The position numbers and the translations under genes are program-made. A model generated the notes under the pieces. It saw only the letters and a list, made by a program, of their open reading frames with translations. It had not been told where the DNA came from and did not search any database. From NCBI RefSeq assembly GCF_000150275.1, contig NW_002060945.1:1616199-1680198 (forward strand): 64,000 nucleotides of DNA, given 5' to 3'. The stretch is from Trichoplax adhaerens. Lineage: Eukaryota; Animalia; Placozoa. Below, piece after piece: positions 46,378 through 60,733 of the stretch; positions within the stretch are counted from its first letter, which is position 1, and every line of letters begins with the position of its first letter.

Positions 46378-49300
46378 TATTATTGATTATACTCAAAATT
46401 AGCGTAATATACTATCGTTTCATGACCGAATTAAATATTTTATAACATTGAAGTACGGTCTGGTATTTTCTGCGATTTTTTCTAAACTAGAAGTTGAACA
46501 TTTACGTCAGTTTTTTATTTTAGAATGTTAATTAATTTTATGATCTGAAATGTTAAGCAGTCAATGTTGGATTAAATAGTTACGTGGGTCGAGTTATATT
46601 GTAAAATATGTTGCAATGACAATGATTATTGTTAGCGAACTTTTATTAAAATCTTTTGAAGTAGTCATGTTATATATATATATTTTAATTACTTTAAAGG
46701 ATGTTTATATTCGCTTATATAATGTTTTACCACATTAAAAATAACGTTCTATTTAAGTGTATTTTGTCAAGGCGTTCATTGATATAAGACTTCATGTAAG
46801 AGCTGTTTATTTTATACTTCCTTAAATTTTAGGTTGAATACGGTATTACTGTATGTAGATTGTTTTACCATTAGAATAGTATTTTAACATTTTGATTATT
46901 GAATTTTTGATTTCAATCATTCGGAATTATAGATAAATGAATTTTTTTCCTCCATTCTCAACATTAACGTTAATATACGAAGTTCAATTAACTGGATAGC
47001 AATTGCATATGTATTAAAATATCAGTCATATTATTTATCGCTCATCATCATCTATTCAGAAAATTTACATTTCGTTATGTATTGTTACTATGACTAAAAT
47101 TATATGTTCATGAGAATGTAGCAAAATCAGGCTCTGCCTATGCTTTAAGATAACATACTAAACTGCCTAAAGCTTGTAAATTGTTTATTATTCGATACTA
47201 CATTATTAACTAAAGAAAATTATATTATAAATAGCAAAGATTTACATTATTAAGTAAAGAATATCCTACTACAAATAGCAAAGATTTCTTGAAAACAAGC
47301 ATCAAATCTAAATTTTGTAACTTTTTTTATGCTTGTATTGACGGTTGCTAGGAAATTTATTGTCTTTGATGAACGGACTAATCATTACAATTATCAAGTA
47401 TTCATTTTGATATTGAGCAAACAATAATTAACTAAACGCATAATTACTGATGAAATAGTAGAAAAATTTAAGTTTATTACATTGAAGTTGCGACTCTTTG
47501 TTTCAATGTCTTAATTTATACCAACACAGAAGTCAATGATAAAATTCGAAAAGTCAATAATTGAGAATTCTTCGCTTTCAATTTCTACGTTATGGATTTG
47601 TGTTGATCAAGATATACACCTATTCATTTATCTTATTAATGATTATTCGCACCTTTAAGTGGTACTACTTTAATATCAGTATGAAACGAATTTGAAATGC
47701 AAAAACAATTTACTTTGCGACTTTTATAGTATAGCATTTTCGTATGAGCACTTTACCAGAGTAACGTTCATTTTTCTTCATAGCCTTAAGCGCGGCTACG
47801 AGTATTATCTTTAATTTGCATGATCTTATGAGAGTTCAACGCTAAGTTATAAGGATTTAATACAGTACAGTACATATGAATATATTCAAGGTAATGCATT
47901 AGTACACTATAGCTCGTATTTAGCCATCTAACAGAAAATGATCAATTGCACTATAGCCTAATTTATTGACCTCATCCAAGAATTGTCCAGCAATAGCTAA
48001 TTTGGGCTCACCATCTTAAATTAATCATTTTCTACATTTAGAGAGGAGCCTTTAGTGGATAAATTAGATAACCCTATTTTAACTTTCATATGATGGAAGA
48101 GCATGCTTCACGAACTTGCAATACGCAGTATGGTGGAATTTACTGCAACGTGAATACAGCTAAATCCAACTTGCTGAATACGAAGACAAGCGCAATTTTG
48201 ATGAATAGCTTCCATTTCCTCCTACTATTTTATATCTCGTAAACAGATCAAGGGTATACACTGTCTTCAATGGCGGCTCAGCATAGTGCTTATCTATAAG
48301 CAGTAACTAACTGCGTTATTCTCATAGAAGAACAGATTCTTTACATGTTGAATCAGTAGCTACTGCCATGGACTACAGTATTTAGCCTATCTTAAGCTAT
48401 AATAATTATTCATCTCTCAACCAATTAGAAGTCTTCGTTGCGTAATCAATTATTCTCTAAAATACTATAGTTCATAATAGAGTCTGTGCTAAATGACATT
48501 TCTATGCTTTATAAATGTTCATTCATTTAAATTTTGATTAGAATTCCTGAACTTATACGCGTATATTGGCCAATAAATTATTACGTATATATTGAATAAT
48601 GTACCTGTTACAATAGTAGTGTAAGGATTTTGTATTTACATATAAAGTATGTGTTACAGTTAATAGACAAGTTTATATGTGACCTATGAAGTTTCTATTA
48701 AATCATATCAAATGCGATGGTATTTCTCAGAATCGAATCCTATTTTAATTTACTAAATTAAAAACGTCTAAATTATCCTTTGCATATTTAAATAAACACT
48801 TATTCATTCGCATATGGTATAACTCCAATTGGGAGGGCTTTTTCGATTACACTTTGCTATTTTTACGAAGCCTCAGTGATGTTCTGGCTTAAGATTATAC
48901 GTGTAGTAGTTTCTCTTTCAAATTATATCTTTAGGTTTTACTATAAATTTTAGCCTTTGCATTTGTGAATATGTTAACGGCAGATACCATACATTACGAA
49001 TCAACAATTTTCATCTAGAACTCTATATAAAGTAGAGAGTACTAGTATAAATACATTACCTGAATGAGGACTGTACAATACATTTCGTTAGTATTCTTAA
49101 TGCTAAATATATTTAATGATTTCTTTTTGTATCCTTAAGTTAGAATAGATTCCTTAAAGGCTTTAAAAAATCCAAAGACTCTTCAAATCTACTATATAAA
49201 TGTACATCGATGTACCATAAAGGACCCACGGCACATTTTCTTAAATAAAGTATCATCATGTGTAGAGAATAGTTCAAATGCCTATGATATTTTCAGGTAT

Positions 49301-52300
49301 CAGTTTAGGGAGACCTATACGAAAAGACTTAAAATGAATTTGAAATACAAAAACATAACGCTACACATCTTGTTTTCTCGCTTGAGATTGAAATGCAATA
49401 ACGTGCAACATATGAACACTTTACTTGATTAATATTCATTTTCTCACAATAAATAAGCATGATTAATAGCAATGTCCATAATTATGGTTGATTAATTTTT
49501 AGTCATAAAAATTTAGTTACTGGAAATAAATCTAGATTTAACACATGCAATCAATGTAGTATGTATATAATCATATACTCTGGTTTTAAGTTATACGCTC
49601 GTATAGTAGAAAATAGGTGATCACACTATAATTTATTGATACTACGCTACTAGCGATTTCGTCACGGCTAATTTGTCTAACCATCCCTAATACATTACTT
49701 TCTGTCGTATGTATAAGGTAAAATAAATGGATTACTTAGCCTAATCTTAACATTTTATTTACATAAAATTGGATCACCCTTTGCTTTATATTTAGTTGAA
49801 AATGGACAGTACCGGTACTCCATGAAATAGATATGAATAATGCATGAGAATAAATAGACAAGTACATAAAATACGTATATTTACTAAGCAAGAAACTGTA
49901 ACATGACTAGTGTTATGTGTTAAGATGAATGAATCTGAACTGGGAGTTAAGCTAAATCATTTATTTTCTTGTTTTCTCAATAGCAAAACTGCAATCTATT
50001 TAAGGGAATTCGATTTTAGATTTTATTAATAAAATGAGCATAGTATTATGATATTAAGACTAAACAAACTGTTTTATAAATATACGAGCATAGAATTTCT
50101 TTTTTCACTTTAGCAATGCATGACTTATTATAGACATGTTAGGTTAAAGGCAAATAGATACTACTAATTGCATAGCTTAGATGATAATCTAACAATACTG
50201 CACATCGCTTATATGCGAGGATACTATTGAAATGATAAGGTTGATCAGTGCAGAAAAAGATTAATCAACTTGTGGATTATCGCGTCAATGAAATAGATTA
50301 ACAACCTTAAGAGTAGACATCAGCTTTATTGATATAGCTAGGCCTAATCAACACGCTAGCATTTAAATGCAATGGATTGAATATCAGCATTCTTCATGAA
50401 CAAGCGAATAATTGATGAATAGAAAACAGATTGATCAATCTGCCTAATCGTAAATTCACCAATAACTAAATAGTCAATACTTTTATCATCGGTTTTCGTA
50501 GGTTCAAAGTTATGAAAAGACCTAAATACATAACTCTCACGGTAGTCTTTAATCCATTTTATCTGTAATCAATTCTTTTATACATTGGATTGAAAGGAAT
50601 GCATATCAATTAGATATTATCTCGTTAGCGGAGCTGGTATCTTTTCAATAACACTATACGTTTATTTACATTTATCAGAATAATTTACTACAGTCGTGAG
50701 AAATAAAGCAATCTTACACCGTTAGCTAGTCTAATTTAATTGGATTATTATCATAACCCTTTCAATTAGGAGCACCTTTAGCTTTCAAAAATGCGTAACA
50801 TGTACATTGCTTTTGGATATTCATAGTTTTTGAGTCTTGATGTAAATAAATGGATAGATTAGTTTCTGTAGCGATTGCGGCCTCAACGAATAATTAATAA
50901 CACCCATCTGTTCTTTTTATATCCGTTTGTTTCTTTGGCGCGCTATCAATTTTTATCGTTTTATTTCACCCTTTATCTGACGTATGATTTATGGATCATA
51001 GGTTGGATCTGTTATCCAGTGATGATGCTGATGAATATGTTCTATGTACACATTGATGAAAGGTAAAGAATAGGAGAGTGAAGACGTCAGAATGTTAACG
51101 CATATGTTTAGAAAGCTACCAACAATATTTGTATATCGATGGCATGGATGATCAGTGAATTGTATAAACTTCATATTGTTCTCTCTTAACTAGTTGTATA
51201 GTACAATTTAGGCAATTAGTTGGAATTGACATCTTTTATATCCGATTGTATAAATTACATTTAATTACCTTGGAGTTCATAATGTAAATATGCTGCTATT
51301 GGTTCACTTAATCGTTACCTTTATGTCATGTAAAGCTTACTACTACGATACTTAACTACTATTCTAAATTGCCGATACGCGTCTACCCATTTTTCTATCC
51401 AACATATACAGTAAGATGAGATTACAACGTTGATTACAACTAAGGAATTACAGTATTTTCCATCGCATAATAAACAAGAATTAAAATTGTGCCGTATCTA
51501 AGTTATCACTTTAGATATCTAATCTTTTTTCAATTATTGGTTTGGAATTGGATCCTGCATGGGAAGTAATATCCAATGACAACGAAAACAAGTAAGTCAA
51601 GATAATAATTAATAGCAAAGAGTAAACATTTTATCGATAAAAAATCGGCCCCGTTATTCAACTAGCTGCTGTTATACAGCCATCTTGTTAAGACAAAGTT
51701 ACCTATAAAATATATTGATAGAATAATAATGGTGACCATTTTGATATGTCAAGAGAAAGAAAAAACACTCTGTTTTCTAACAATTTCTACTCTGATAATA
51801 ACGATAAGTTCTCATAAAAATTCTGAGAACTAATTACTGTACAAGTTATTTTAACTTACTGTTCCTCCTAAGCCCAAAAATGATTTCTATTTGCTCTTTG
51901 TCTTCAATATTAATGTACCGTGTTTTACTAATCTCCTCGTTGGACATTAAAAGATGGCCCAGTCTTAATGTATGTAAACTAGGCGTAGAGTGATATAACA
52001 TTGTCGTGGGAGTAGCGATCGGTAAAGGATGAGTCATAGTGTTTTCATATTTGCTACAAAAACTCAGCATGAGCTAAAATTGATACCTTCCAATACATTT
52101 TTTCTTACTCAGAACGTCTTTCTTTGCCTTGATAACTAATTTCCGTTATACAATAATTTAACGAAGGTGTCATATAAGCCCAAGTGATAGTTCATTTATT
52201 AATAGTTGGGCTTTAACGGAAATTGTAAAGATAGATTAGGCTAAAAGATTCCAAAGTACTATAATGAAAATAAATCGAGGAAGTAGTTTGGGTGATCATA

Positions 52301-55300
52301 AGGCTAATGGCTTTTTTGATGAACGGTGCAACATTATTTTCGATGTTATCACTTCCTATCCAGCTATAATGGCGGTCATGTTTGATCGTCATTAATATCT
52401 CAGAATTAATTTTACGATTACAATTTAATATAATAACTCTAAGCACCTATTCCTAAACCCTTCCTATTGCGGGAGTCTATGGAATCATCATCATTCAATC
52501 CGATATTTGTATTAGCATTCAGAAATTGAACTGTCATATAACATGAAAAATTAAAAATTTGACTGTCCTTATGGTATATACGGTCGCATCATCATTATTC
52601 TGTCGAAGGTACCAAAATAGTAAAATCAATCGGGTTTACGTAATGAGCACAAGGATAAGTAAAGTTTCTCCAATAGAAAAGAAAGGTAGATATCAATCCG
52701 AGCAAACTATTAGAATCAAACGACCACAATATAGACTGATGGAATCAGACTCGTACACCCGCTGATATCTCTACATTAATTTTAAATCGATCTTGTCCCG
52801 TCAAACACTGTAATAACGATTATGGATCATTCTTTATTTCTATTGATTATTATTATCTACCCATTAATGACGATATGATTGATTTTTCTCATGGTAGATG
52901 TAACAAAAAGCAGCCATTAGACACCCTCTAACATGAACTAATTTTCTTTGACACCATGCGAACTATTAAAGTTAACAATTGAGAACTGAATATAAACGAC
53001 AGTTTAATTTCCGTCATGGTAATTGTTTATTTTTACTCGTTAAAAAATGAGAATCGAGATGAAGTTGCAGCAATTTGCCACGTTAGAATAGTGGTTGATG
53101 ATAATTATGCATTTTTTTACATGTTCAATCCATTATCTAAATTGTTACTGTAGTATATCGTTAAGTTTTTACTAATTGGATCAGTAGAAAGTCATTTTAA
53201 TGTGAAAACTAGGTAATAGGATTGTCTAGGCAGCAAGCATCTTTGTTCGAAAGTTTTCAAAGTTGCAATAATGTAACAATAAAATTACACTAAACACATA
53301 GTTTTACATTAATTAAACTATGGAAACTCTTAATAGATGGCGTTAGTAAATCGTAGATGTATTTTAAATCTATTTTTTGAGATCTGTAGAGTCATTTTAG
53401 CGTTTTTTCATTTCTCTGCATATAACATAAATATGATCAGATAAAAGTGGAAGAGGGTGGGAGGGGAATTTTGTCTCGTTTTTTTTGTCTTGATCTCGTC
53501 AAATTAATGATAAGTAAATGATGTAACCTCTATTACTCTTGCACACGATTCCAATTTCAATTTAATATGAAAGTTACCATCACTGCCCTACCAAACATAT
53601 TGTAAGACATTTAATACTTTATCGTTGATCTTGGTTTGCTTATTCCTTCATCATTGTACGAATATTAAAGTCTACTTATACGGTTATACTGTTAGCTTAT
53701 TACAACAGAAAATAAAATCATCAAATCAATAATTCGTGGACTTCCCATTTTTATCGGAGTAATTAAAGTTACTTACATTCTGACCTTATCACCATTAAAT
53801 AAAAAAATTATTCTAGTAATCATTATTTAATTCTTAGTAACTGGAATTGTTTTATTAAGCAATGTTTATGATTATTTTGATATAATTGAACAACTTTAGA
53901 TATTATATCGTGACGCCGTGGAATTGAGATAAATTCCCTTTGATCAGATCATCAAGGCTATCATGTCATTTAAGACTACATTTTGGTAGTGGTTTATACT
54001 CCGCTACAGTTAAACTCAAGACTTTCATGTCATTTAGTTTCTCCGAATTATCGTAGATTATAATTTTAATTGAGGCGGTTATCTGCGCCCTATTCCTGTA
54101 ATTTACTTTCAATAGACACTACTAAAAGTAACCTTAGCAATTTGACTTATTCGCTTAAACGACATAAAATAGTCGTTACTTCAGTTTATATCCAGTAGAT
54201 ACTATAATTTCCTCCTGCAACTATGCTCAAGATTGATAAAGGATCATGCCGATTTAAAGTTTATCTATAACCGCGAGTTACTTGCTAACTATAGTTAAAG
54301 ATTATGTCACATAATTAACCGTTAATGTATGTTTTATAGATAAACTTTGGTTAGCATTTTATACTGATTGTTACTACACTCGATAGGCTAGGGTTATAAC
54401 TATCTATAAATTGGGAAATTATTTCCTTTGGTAATGATTATTACTTAAAAAATGCTGATGATATTAGATTATTTGCCTTTGGGTAATATATTATGCATGG
54501 GATGGAAATACACATGATAAAAAACGATGATCGGCGATTATGACGACAATGATCATCCATGAAGGAGGCTAAGTAACGAGGGTTGGATTTCTTACCCATA
54601 GCATCATTGTCATACAGTAGTATAGGGCATAACGGTCATGAAAGAGTGATGTAGGATAATAGTAAGGGTAGAAAAGCGGCAATATAAGCGGACAATAAAA
54701 CCAGGAGGCGATTTGAAAACAATATAAATAGATTTACATGATAAGAAAGAGACCAAGGAAATTTATTATTTTAATGCCCCCAACATCGATAAAGGCTCAA
54801 TTAAAGCGATCTAAACTTCAATGATGACATCTTATTTGCTATTCATTGCCACGATGGTAGCAATATGTCCATTTTTTGAAGGTAGTGTTAACCATTTTTA
54901 GAAATAAGGACAGTGTGACCGTTGATGAATTTAATTCTATATTGGTCAAGTTGAATTTTCTAACCATGCCTGCCAACATTTTTATGTATTGTCATTCTCA
55001 TGTCAACTATGCATAACGTTGATGAAAATCATCATCGCTATCATGTGATTGATCAACTATCGATCTGATATGGCTTTGATATCTATGCCGTGATGGCATA
55101 GAGCCAAGCCATGCAGTTGGTCATTGGATATTATTAATTTTAACACATTAACGGGTGATGAAAATCAAACGTGATAATGCTATCTTTGACTTTTACTCAA
55201 CACTAACTGTTCAAACACGATTATCAACCACGATATCAATAGTAATGATTTTCCTTCATTCATGTAACAGTAGGATTAGTGCATCAGAATGCGCTACTCT

Positions 55301-58300
55301 CCAACCTTCAATTAATTCCGATGATACTGTATGATGTAATGATGACAACATTTTATGCTATCAGTTGCTATGGTAGATTACATAAGAATGGTAGAAATGT
55401 AAACATCGTATAAGTCATTGCTAAAATTATAACCGTCTGTTTTATCCTACCATGGATCGCGTTTTAATGTTGATTTCACGTAATTGACGTTTAATTCTCA
55501 CATTGCTTCCCTATGGATATTTATGCAAGGATAGTTTGTAACTTTCTGATATGTAATAATTTAATGGGAGATTATTTTAGACCATCAAAAAGGGGAATAT
55601 CCATCAGTCGTTGCATGCTATTTAATCATCACGGGAAAGCACGTGATATCATTTGCTTACTGCAGACGACATCGATCGGGACAATAATATTTTTGGGCGT
55701 TTACTGTACATCGATCTGTGGATAATTAATCAACATTGGCATTTTTAACGTTCCTCTTGGAGTATTTGTTTATGCCCGTATAAGATGTATTCAGTTTATA
55801 GTAGATACTCGATCAACTCGAGTATACTAATGGTACTGTAGATGAGTGATAGTAGCGACTTAAATCAATATCATTCACGTTGGTAACGGTTGAAATAAAA
55901 AATAATAAAATATTGCCGTTACAATGACGACAAAACTGTTCATAATAATCCTCATATTACCGCGATCTAATTGTGACCAATTACATTCTTTTACATCATT
56001 TGTTTGTATTATTCTTATCCTTCATGATAAAAAGGATGTTTCCTTGATTAAATTGCTTCCTTTGATGAGACGATTGATCCTATGATATATGATGATGATT
56101 GTTGAATGCTTTGCCTGGTACTGGATGGATGGCGCAAGTCCACGACACAATGTTTATTATCTACTCGTTTTGAATCAAGCTGAGAAAATGAACGACTAAG
56201 ACGGTGCCATCGATCCCATCGACCGATTCAATACTTGTTGCTATTCTATCCCTTACATTATAGCCCGGATCGCCATTGCATTTCATTCTCTTCGAATTAG
56301 GTTACAAAGTACAACTACCGTCGCTGTAGAGAATTCTATTCATTTAAATCTTATTTCTGGACAGATAATTTGATGATCCTACGCATCGCGTTGCTGCATG
56401 ATTTGACATCATCGCCATAGCTATCCGCGATTTTTCAGATCTCAAATGAGTCCAGCTCCTCATCGCCTACTCCCCAACGACTCGTACTTCCGCAAAACAT
56501 GAGCATTTTATTCTATTTATACTAATTCATGTTGCAAAATTTGAACTAGTCGACTACAGTAAACTACATCGTCGTCACTGTTTATCTTTTAGTCAAAAGC
56601 CATTTCATCGTATTCATTTTTATGCTATGACTGCACAGACAATTTCATCCTCCTATCTATGGAGTTGATTGATCATTTCCTATCATCGCCCTAGTCATGC
56701 AACACTTTTCCACGTGTAGTATTTCAAATTGGAGCCATTTTTTCTCATTACTCACTACCTCACTCCTTCGCCAAGACATTACCATTTAATGCCATCCGTG
56801 CCTGTCCTAAGGCAGAATGCCAACAACTTACGGACACGCGAACAGACGGATATCTCTCGTCATACGTCATATTCACTCTTCCATGATCGTGTTCTTCTCA
56901 GTCGTGTAGATATCGCCATATGATACGCATACTACATTCTTGGCACTATACTGTTCTACTAGTTTGTTACTGACCGTAAGGACGGCACTACCATAGAGTT
57001 TTCTTTCAAGAGAAACTCTATGCAAAAAAGCAGAAAGAGGATGAGAACAGCTGCGGGGGAGTCCAGTGAGCCCCTGAACATATCATCAATGCCCTAGTGA
57101 CGTTCATGGCAACAATTTTGCCTTCTAAAATGGCCAATCGTCTTTTCTGAGCAGGAATAAATCTTTCTAAATATCCTTAATACATCACTAATCAACTTTC
57201 TTAAGAGTACAGGATGATGACAAGGTCTAGAGAAATGGATTTGTTTCTTCTTGATCATCCTACAGTACAGTATTCTCTTATTAACCATGATGCAAGCGTA
57301 GACGGGCTGTTGCTTTGACAACCATCATGGACGATTTAGTATTACTCGACTGTCAAGAGAGTAAATGATATGATGGCCACCATTTTAATTTATGTATGCC
57401 TGTAGCAATGTTGCTGTAGAATTTTATGATGAACTTTTCAACTTTCCAATTAATATCAATAGCACGATTGAACTCAACTAGTTCCAAAAGAGGACAGTCA
57501 AAGTAGTGGCATCCCCCCGGAAATAACCCCAACTGTAATCATCTTATAGATACCACAATTATACAAATATCAGTAATCATGGCAGATAGTAAGATGATTA
57601 CACTTAATTGCTATTCGACAGTTTATTTCATCAAGGAGTATTATCGACCATGGCATCCGGATAACAGTTAAACCGTATCAATAATAACAGTCATTACACA
57701 CCTTAATGCTATCATTGTAACCTAAGCGATTGTCTTAATAGAAAAAATACATTTGTTAATGTGTCAAGAAATGGATTGATTGATCGATGCTGGGAAAGAA
57801 AAGTAGAAAGCCTGCATCAAAGGAAAATAAGACAAAAACCTTATATAGTTGCAATAAGACAATATAGTTTAGAAACAATGATTGGATAGTCATCAATGGG
57901 TCAAATTGTATAGGTCAAATTAACAACATTGAAAATTGAATCCAATCATCAATTTACCGTTCGTATTCTTTTACAGTTATTATGCTAATAGCCAGTAATT
58001 GAACAAAATTATAGTCATCAGGGGATATTAATTATTCACATTCAACAGCCACGACATCTTTATGAGGAATAATGAAGAGGAATAGTAAGAATAATTTGTT
58101 TTGCCAATCTACTCATTTCCAGCTATTGTCAAAAAGACAAAGCAATCCAAGTCAATTCTCAGCCAGCATCCATATTATTTTTCTCCTTCATGTTGTTACT
58201 CGAAGCCTTAGCAGCAGTTGATTTTTTTTTCTTCCATCCTTTGGCTTGCCGTCAATCTTAGTCTATTTCATTAGACTTTATAACACTTACTCTCCTTGAA

Positions 58301-60627
58301 TGATCACTTTCATGCCGTATTTCATATGTCAACGTCAAGATTAAAGCTACGAAAACGTTAAGGGCTAATACATAAAAATGTCCCGCACAGGCAAGTTAAA
58401 TAGATACGTAAAAAAGAATCATTTTCTACCTTCAGTGTTATTTCTATCGTGCGCATACCAAGAAAAAAGCAAGCGCATAAAAAACAATATCCTAGTTCAA
58501 TCGAATTGCATCACCTTGAAATTGCCCACAGACGTTCAATGTGCTATTTCAAATAGACTAAAACTTTCTATCATTTTGATACATCATTTCAAATTACTTT
58601 TCGCCACATTTTTACACTTTTCAACAATCTAAATTACGTATCTTCGTGCAACAATATCATCCGCCTATCAAAACGATACTATGTCCAACTATTTTTGATT
58701 TAGCTATTCAACCTGATGACGTAGTGTTATATGTCTTGATTGCTATCGATAACGTAGAATTAAAATAATTGAGGATAAATATAATTAACCTACCTTCGAA
58801 AATTCGATCACAGTACTTTAGTCAAGTTATTCACTGTAATCAAGAAGAAAGACATAACAAAATATATTCTACAAGATCTATAATCTTCTTTATTCTGAAA
58901 AGAGAGATCGACTGTTAAGATTACTGTTGGTGTTAATGTTTCAAGATTATTTAAATTTTGTTTCTTCTTGAGGAACAAATACAAAAAGTTTACACGCACA
59001 CTATAATGTCTAATATAAACGATATTTAATATTGACAACGGATGAATTTGCTTAAATACACATCTAGCGCCAAAAGTCAATCCTTAGTTAATAAATAGAA
59101 TGTTAGTATAACGTGCATTAGTTTCTTCCATTCTCCTTCCAATTTTTTTGATAACATGGCCGACTTGATAGAATATAGCCTGCAAGATTAGCCGTTATCA
59201 AGTGTTACAACTGGCTAACATTAGCGTTACTTTAATTGTATATCCCATTCCTTTGATCTTCTACTTCATTTAAACACCTTCACCATTACATGATTATTGA
59301 GTAACGATTGTTTCCTCTCGGATAACTAATAATACATTAATGTAAAATAACACCGAATACGATAGATTGAAAATGACTTGATTTTTTAGCTAAAGAAGAA
59401 AGAGAGTTCTCCTATCATTGGTTGTTCTTTACACATTATTATCAATACCATCAAGATGCTCATCACATAAGTAGAAAGCATTGATCCTATCCTGCGACGA
59501 TATCAGTCTAAATTGGCTTACATAAATCAAGAAAAATTTTGATACATGGTTTTAGCTATTTAGGATTAGTAAACCCTAATTATATCATCGAGTTAATAAC
59601 AAGTTTATATTTCATTCCCTATATCACTAAACTCAACACTTTTTAATAACAATGACGATAGAGGATGAGAAAAATTTACAACTAGCAACATCACAAGTTT
59701 TGTTCATCCTTGAAATTTACAAGCATCTAAACAAGGTTTTGATTAAAAATGATGACATCTGCTCGTCCGTCCCATTTTCCTTTTCTATTAGAAAATTAGT
59801 TGTTTCTATTAATTGTCAGATTTCCTGTTAAATTGCCAGTTAAAATTAATGTCACTTACTGTAATTATGATTGACTGATTAATTCATTACATGTCATATA
59901 ACTTAAATACGCAAATTAGGCAAGGAAGGCATTGAGAAATCTTGACAATCTGAAATGAAATGAGTATGTACCATCATAAAAAATAGATATTAACCTAGCA
60001 ATAACGGATACTATCTTAGGACTCACTGTTGTAGAAGAACTAGTGATCAGATTTTGGTAATTAATTACCATACTTTTATGATCTTCATCATATCAGAAAC
60101 GCAATGACCAATCTCCATAGCAATATGAAGAAGATTATTTTCAATCATGATTGTGAAAGAAAATCGATTTTAGTAAACGATCATGTAACAACTTGATTGA
60201 TCAATGCTCAGTATGATGATCTACCACGACTCCATTTAAACAAATTTTAATGGAGAAAGATCGAGATGATAATGAACGATTACTATCCAAATATTCTTCG
60301 ATATTAATAGGATCAAAATTAGAGTAATTGAATTCTTAATCAGTAACAAGATTGGCATGATAATAAACTATAAACGAACACCTGGAACCTGCTAACTTTT
60401 AATGTAGTTAATTTACAAATGATAACATTTGAGAAAGATGAAAACAATGATTTAAACTCTACTAGTTTAAATAATTTAAATTTATTTTACACTAATACGG
60501 CCATAAAAAACATCTAAGCAGCAATTTTCAAATATCTAACTGATTGTTTTAATAAATCTACCTGGGAAATATTGCAAATCGATAGCACCCGTTGCAGTAC
60601 TAAAGAGACTAATGATATAATTCATAG

Positions 60628-60733
60628 GATAATTGATTTACAGCTTTCTTGTATATCTCATCGGTAACTTTATGTTATAAGATAATCGATTTACAGCTTT
60701 CTTATATATACCCATCGGTGACTTTATGTTAAG
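60628..60733. repeat. Tandem duplication, 2 x ~53 bp
   Basis: GATAATTGATTTACAGCTTTCTTGTATATCTCATCGGTAACTTTATGTTA is repeated with few changes. Confidence 0.85.

Noticed and set aside
51010-51160. C/D snoRNA suggested by GTGATGA
   Set aside because: No well-placed terminal CTGA with a closing stem and no evident guide.
51846-52446. Minus-strand ORFs with donor-like ends
   Set aside because: They could not be joined into a gene and show no recognisable domain.
57005-57013. TTCAAGAGA, the common synthetic shRNA loop, within a hairpin
   Set aside because: The stem is short and not registered around this loop, and there is no vector sequence; treated as coincidence.
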